Assembly (NCBI GenBank): GCA_965198005.1
Contig: CBDAOI010000003.1
Location: forward strand, 96,001-160,000
Source: Spirochaetia bacterium
GTDB lineage: Bacteria; Spirochaetota; Spirochaetia; SZUA-6; Bin103
Length of the DNA: 64,000 nucleotides
Reading direction: 5' to 3'
Under the pieces are notes generated by a model, which did not search any database, had not been told where the DNA came from, and saw nothing but the letters and a program-made list of their open reading frames with translations. The position numbers and the translations under genes are program-made. Shown one piece after another: positions 60,329 through 64,000 of the stretch (position 1 is the first letter of the stretch; every line of letters starts with the position of its first letter).

Positions 60329-62098
60329 ATGATCAAAACCATTTTTGGAATGACCTTCGCGATTGCGTTGGTCCTGGTGCTGACCGCAACCGGCCTCTGG
60401 GCCGCTGGCGCAGAAGAGGAGCCGGCAGCCGCGGCTGACAAGACGTATGTCACCGACCCCACCACCGGGAACGTGGTGGTGGCGCCGGAGTATGGCGGGA
60501 CCCTGACCTTCACCAAGCGTGGCTGGCCAGCGAATACGGACACCTTGGCCGGTGGGAGGTGGGCGTCCCAGTTGGTCTTTGCCGTGCTGGATAAGCCGGC
60601 TATCGCGGACTGGGCAATCGACAGGGACACATATGCGTTGCATATGCCCTGGCCACCTATAGAGTTCCTGAGGGGCTCACTGGTGGAGCGTTGGGAGCAG
60701 ACCGACGACCTCACCATTATCTTCCACATCCGCGAGGGCGTGCACTGGCATGACAAGGCGCCGATGAACGGTCGAGAATTAACTGCGGATGATATCGTAT
60801 TCAACTATCACCGTATGCTGGGTCTGGGCAGCGGCTTCACCGAACCAAGCCCCCAGCTGACGGCTCAACTTGCTCCGATCAAAGTCGAATCGGTAGCAGC
60901 TACAGACAGATACACGGTTGTCTTCAAGCTAAGCGAGCCAAACATTGGGGCTCTGCTGGGCCTCGTCGACGACGAAACCGCCTATATGTATCCCCCCGAG
61001 GTAATCAAGGAACACGGCAACGCTAATGATTGGCAGGTCTTGGTCGGAACCGGGCCCTATGAGCTGGTTGACGTGGTCGAAGAAAGCTCGGCGACATGGA
61101 CCAAGAATCCCGACTACTGGGGATACGACGAAAAGTACCCGGAGAACCGCTTACCCTATGTTGACGAATTACGGGCCCTGATGATGCCGGAAGTGGCGAC
61201 GATGATCTCGGCAATACGCACACGCAAGGTTGATATTTCAGCGCGGATGAGTGGAATTGTCAACCAGACACATAGCCTCCAGCAGACCAACCCCGAGATT
61301 CAGGCGTTCACGGTCTACTTCAGGTCGCAGGAGTCGTTTGGTGTGAACGTTCAAAAGAAACCTTTTGACGATATCAGGGTGCGCAAGGCATTGCAGATGG
61401 CACTGGACCTCGAAACAGCCAACTCCGCTTACTTCAAGGGTCTGGCAGAAATGACACCTGTTGGGAGAAGCCGGTTCCCGGGGCAATTCGTTCCGTTCGA
61501 AGAGTGGCCCGAAGAGGTCAAGAACGTCTTTACCTATGATCCGGAAGGGGCAGAGGCGCTGCTGGATGAAGCCGGATATCCTCGTGGCTCGGATGGCATT
61601 CGATTCAAGACCACGTTGAAATGGATAGAATCGTTTGATGTGGGCTATGCGGAATTGGCCATTGGATTCTGGCGCGAAATTGGTGTTGACGTAGAGCTTG
61701 AGCTCATTCCCGGTGTCGAATTCACTCCTGTCACGGGTGATAGGGATTACGAAATGGTCACCAGCATAACGGCAAACCTCAGCCCGGGATACATCCACTA
61801 TTCCGACCGGTTCAATTGGAACACAGCCAACCCACAAGACCCGTGGTATGAAGCGAAGGTCGAAGCCGCCGACGCGGCTAGCTCGCGCGAGGAGCTGCAC
61901 GCACTGGCTCGCGAGATGGACCTGTATGCGAATTCAAGGTTCTGGACCATATGGGGGGGTATGGCCCCGCAGCTTGTCCTGGCGCAGCCGTGGGTGACCG
62001 GATATAACAGTGAACTGAACCTGGGAAGCGGTCAGTATTGGCTGCAGTACGCCCGCATGTGGATTGACTCAGCGCTGAAGAAAGAAATGGGTTACTAG
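60329..62098 (+). CDS. ABC transporter substrate-binding protein, family 5
   Basis: Paralog of 47561-49360 with the same motifs (VTDPTTG, NGRELTADD, KNPDYW, PFEEWPEEVK). Confidence 0.93.
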   Translation: MIKTIFGMTFAIALVLVLTATGLWAAGAEEEPAAAADKTYVTDPTTGNVVVAPEYGGTLTFTKRGWPANTDTLAGGRWASQLVFAVLDKPAIADWAIDRDTYALHMPWPPIEFLRGSLVERWEQTDDLTIIFHIREGVHWHDKAPMNGRELTADDIVFNYHRMLGLGSGFTEPSPQLTAQLAPIKVESVAATDRYTVVFKLSEPNIGALLGLVDDETAYMYPPEVIKEHGNANDWQVLVGTGPYELVDVVEESSATWTKNPDYWGYDEKYPENRLPYVDELRALMMPEVATMISAIRTRKVDISARMSGIVNQTHSLQQTNPEIQAFTVYFRSQESFGVNVQKKPFDDIRVRKALQMALDLETANSAYFKGLAEMTPVGRSRFPGQFVPFEEWPEEVKNVFTYDPEGAEALLDEAGYPRGSDGIRFKTTLKWIESFDVGYAELAIGFWREIGVDVELELIPGVEFTPVTGDRDYEMVTSITANLSPGYIHYSDRFNWNTANPQDPWYEAKVEAADAASSREELHALAREMDLYANSRFWTIWGGMAPQLVLAQPWVTGYNSELNLGSGQYWLQYARMWIDSALKKEMGY

Positions 62099-62114
62099 GC
62101 GATAGTTCAATACT

Positions 62115-62170
62115 GGCAGCCCGTTCCCGGCTGCTCCAAGGACGTCCTTGGGCGGTTGGGACGGGCTGTC
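62115..62170. terminator. long GC-rich palindrome after the binding-protein gene
   Basis: GCAGCCCGT..CCAAGGAC/GTCCTTGG..ACGGGCTGT. Confidence 0.6.
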
Positions 62171-62208
62171 TTGTTGGACGAAGTGGCTAAAGAAGAGAGG
62201 CGTGTGAC

Positions 62209-63171
62209 ATGAGAGCCTACATCATCAGGCGGTTATTGCTGATGATCCTCTCACTGTTTCTCTTGACCATCCTGGTATTTCTCTCGGTGCGCTTGCTCCC
62301 CGGAGATGTCATAGACGCAATACTGAGTCGGATGATGGAAATATCAACGGTGGGGACGATTGACCGGGAAGGACTCGAGCGTCAGCTGGGATTGGACGTG
62401 CCTGGCTACGTACAGTATGCGCGCTGGTTGGGCGGGATTCTCCTACGCGGCAGCCTTGGCGAATCACTGATGGGTCGAGGGGCGGTGGAAGAGCAGATAA
62501 TCAGTAGACTACCGGTCACCCTTGAGCTTGGCCTCCTGGCAATCGTGATCGGGCTGGTGATTGCCCTGCCGGTAGGCATCTATTCGGCCATTCGCCAGGA
62601 CACCGCCGCCGACTACGCGGGGCGCTCCATCGCCATCATCGGCCTGGCAACGCCTAACTTCTGGCTGGGCATTATGGTCATGGTCTACCCGGCAATCTGG
62701 TGGGGCTGGTCGCCATCGATGGAGCTGATTCCTTTCTCTGAAGACCCGGTGGGGAATCTGGGTATGTTCCTCATTCCTAGCCTGATTCTGGGGACAGCCT
62801 CGGCAGCCGCCATCATGCGGCTTACCCGCACCATGATGCTGGAGGTGCTGCGGCAGGACTACATTCGCACCGCTTGGTCCAAGGGGCTCCGGGAGCGGGT
62901 CGTGATTATCCGGCATACCATCAAGAATGCTCTGATCCCAGTGGTTACTCTGATTGGCCTGCAGGTGCCGATCCTGGTTGGCGGCTCCGTCATCATGGAA
63001 AACATCTTCAACCTGCCGGGAGTAGGTCGTCTCGCCCTGATCGCCCTCAATGACAGAGACTTCACGATGGTCGCCGGAGTAAACTTGTTCTTCGCAGCCT
63101 CGGTTATGGGGGCCAATCTTATCACCGACCTGTTCTATGCCTTCCTGGATCCCAGAGTTCGTTACAAATAG
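62209..63171 (+). CDS. ABC permease, DppB/OppB-like
   Basis: YIIRR, LPVTLELG, QDYIRTAWSKGL and DPRVRY. Confidence 0.94.
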   Translation: MRAYIIRRLLLMILSLFLLTILVFLSVRLLPGDVIDAILSRMMEISTVGTIDREGLERQLGLDVPGYVQYARWLGGILLRGSLGESLMGRGAVEEQIISRLPVTLELGLLAIVIGLVIALPVGIYSAIRQDTAADYAGRSIAIIGLATPNFWLGIMVMVYPAIWWGWSPSMELIPFSEDPVGNLGMFLIPSLILGTASAAAIMRLTRTMMLEVLRQDYIRTAWSKGLRERVVIIRHTIKNALIPVVTLIGLQVPILVGGSVIMENIFNLPGVGRLALIALNDRDFTMVAGVNLFFAASVMGANLITDLFYAFLDPRVRYK

Positions 63172-63187
63172 GGGAGAATCATCAAGT

Positions 63188-64000
63188 ATGAGTGAGCACA
63201 GGAGACGTGCCGGGCTCGCTGATTTCCTTCTCAGGCTGGTCAAGGAGAAGCCACTGGGCACTATCGGCGGGATTATCGTATTGGTATTGATTCTCGTGGC
63301 TATCTTCGCGGATGCTCTGGCTCCCTATGAACATTATCAAATGCACCTGATAGACCGGATGCAGGGCTCATCAGCCCGGTATCTGCTCGGTACCGATCAC
63401 CTGGGGCGAGACTTCCTGAGCCGAATCATCTATGGGGCCCGTATTTCACTGACGGTCGGTCTGGCCGCGACCGCTCTCAATGTCGTAGTCGCTGTACTGA
63501 TAGGCGGCGTTTCAGGATTCTTTGGTGGTAAAGTAGACCTCGTGGTGCAGAGGTTTGTCGATACCTGGATGTCGTTCCCCAGTCTGCTCCTGTTGTTGAC
63601 CGTAATGTCCGTATTGGGGAAGGGTTTAGTCCAGATAATAGTCGTACTTGGGGTATCAGGAGGCATCGGCAGCTCGAGAATAGTCAGAGGCGCCGTTATC
63701 GCAGTAAAAGAGAATACCTATTTTCAGGCGGCGGAGTCGATTGGCTCTTCCAAGTGGCGAGCCTATATCCGACACGTGCTGCCCAATATCGTGGCTCCCG
63801 TAATCATCATATTCAGCATCAACATAGGGGGCGTGATCATGTCTGAGGCTGCTCTGAGTTTTCTTGGATTTGGATTGCCACCGGGTATACCGAGCTGGGG
63901 AGGCATGCTCAGCCGGGAAGGGCGTCAATACATGGAGGAAGGGCCATGGCTGGCTCTCTGGCCAGGGCTCTGCCTGACGATTCTCGTCTACAGTCTGAAC
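63188..64000 (+). CDS. ABC permease, DppC/OppC-like (runs off the window end)
   Basis: ATG at 63188, then KEKPLG, LGTDHLGRD, HVLPN and PSWGGML. Confidence 0.92.
   Translation, partial: MSEHRRRAGLADFLLRLVKEKPLGTIGGIIVLVLILVAIFADALAPYEHYQMHLIDRMQGSSARYLLGTDHLGRDFLSRIIYGARISLTVGLAATALNVVVAVLIGGVSGFFGGKVDLVVQRFVDTWMSFPSLLLLLTVMSVLGKGLVQIIVVLGVSGGIGSSRIVRGAVIAVKENTYFQAAESIGSSKWRAYIRHVLPNIVAPVIIIFSINIGGVIMSEAALSFLGFGLPPGIPSWGGMLSREGRQYMEEGPWLALWPGLCLTILVYSLN

Overview
High-GC bacterial chromosome segment. A Spirochaetota origin is suggested by the TatT-containing TRAP system and the Cys-less LWASG/LWAAG signal peptides on family-5 binding proteins; this is inference only. The left half (1-33.9 kb) is housekeeping: pyrG, purA, nudC, aroA, serC, a TPAT/TRAP transporter, argA, proCAB, a desaturase, hemL/hemC, bshA/bshC and pntAB. 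Several short, lower-GC cargo islets interrupt it. The right half (33.9-64 kb) is a decayed accessory region containing a DUF222-HNH gene, nested transposons (including a 4-gene DDE/ExeA unit), toxin-antitoxin remnants, an IS110 element, a group II intron, many fused gene scraps and paralogous peptide/nickel-type ABC transporter clusters. The most notable observations are: (1) two cargo genes between purA and nudC separated by a fused, diverged copy of both genes' 3' ends; (2) an uncharacterised nuclease-like/helical-protein/PRTase islet; (3) a duplicated promoter plus conserved ~60-nt putative RNA; (4) perfect-SD minigenes upstream of both binding-protein genes; and (5) pervasive internal-deletion chimeras. 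All calls come from motif recognition by eye; no database search was run.
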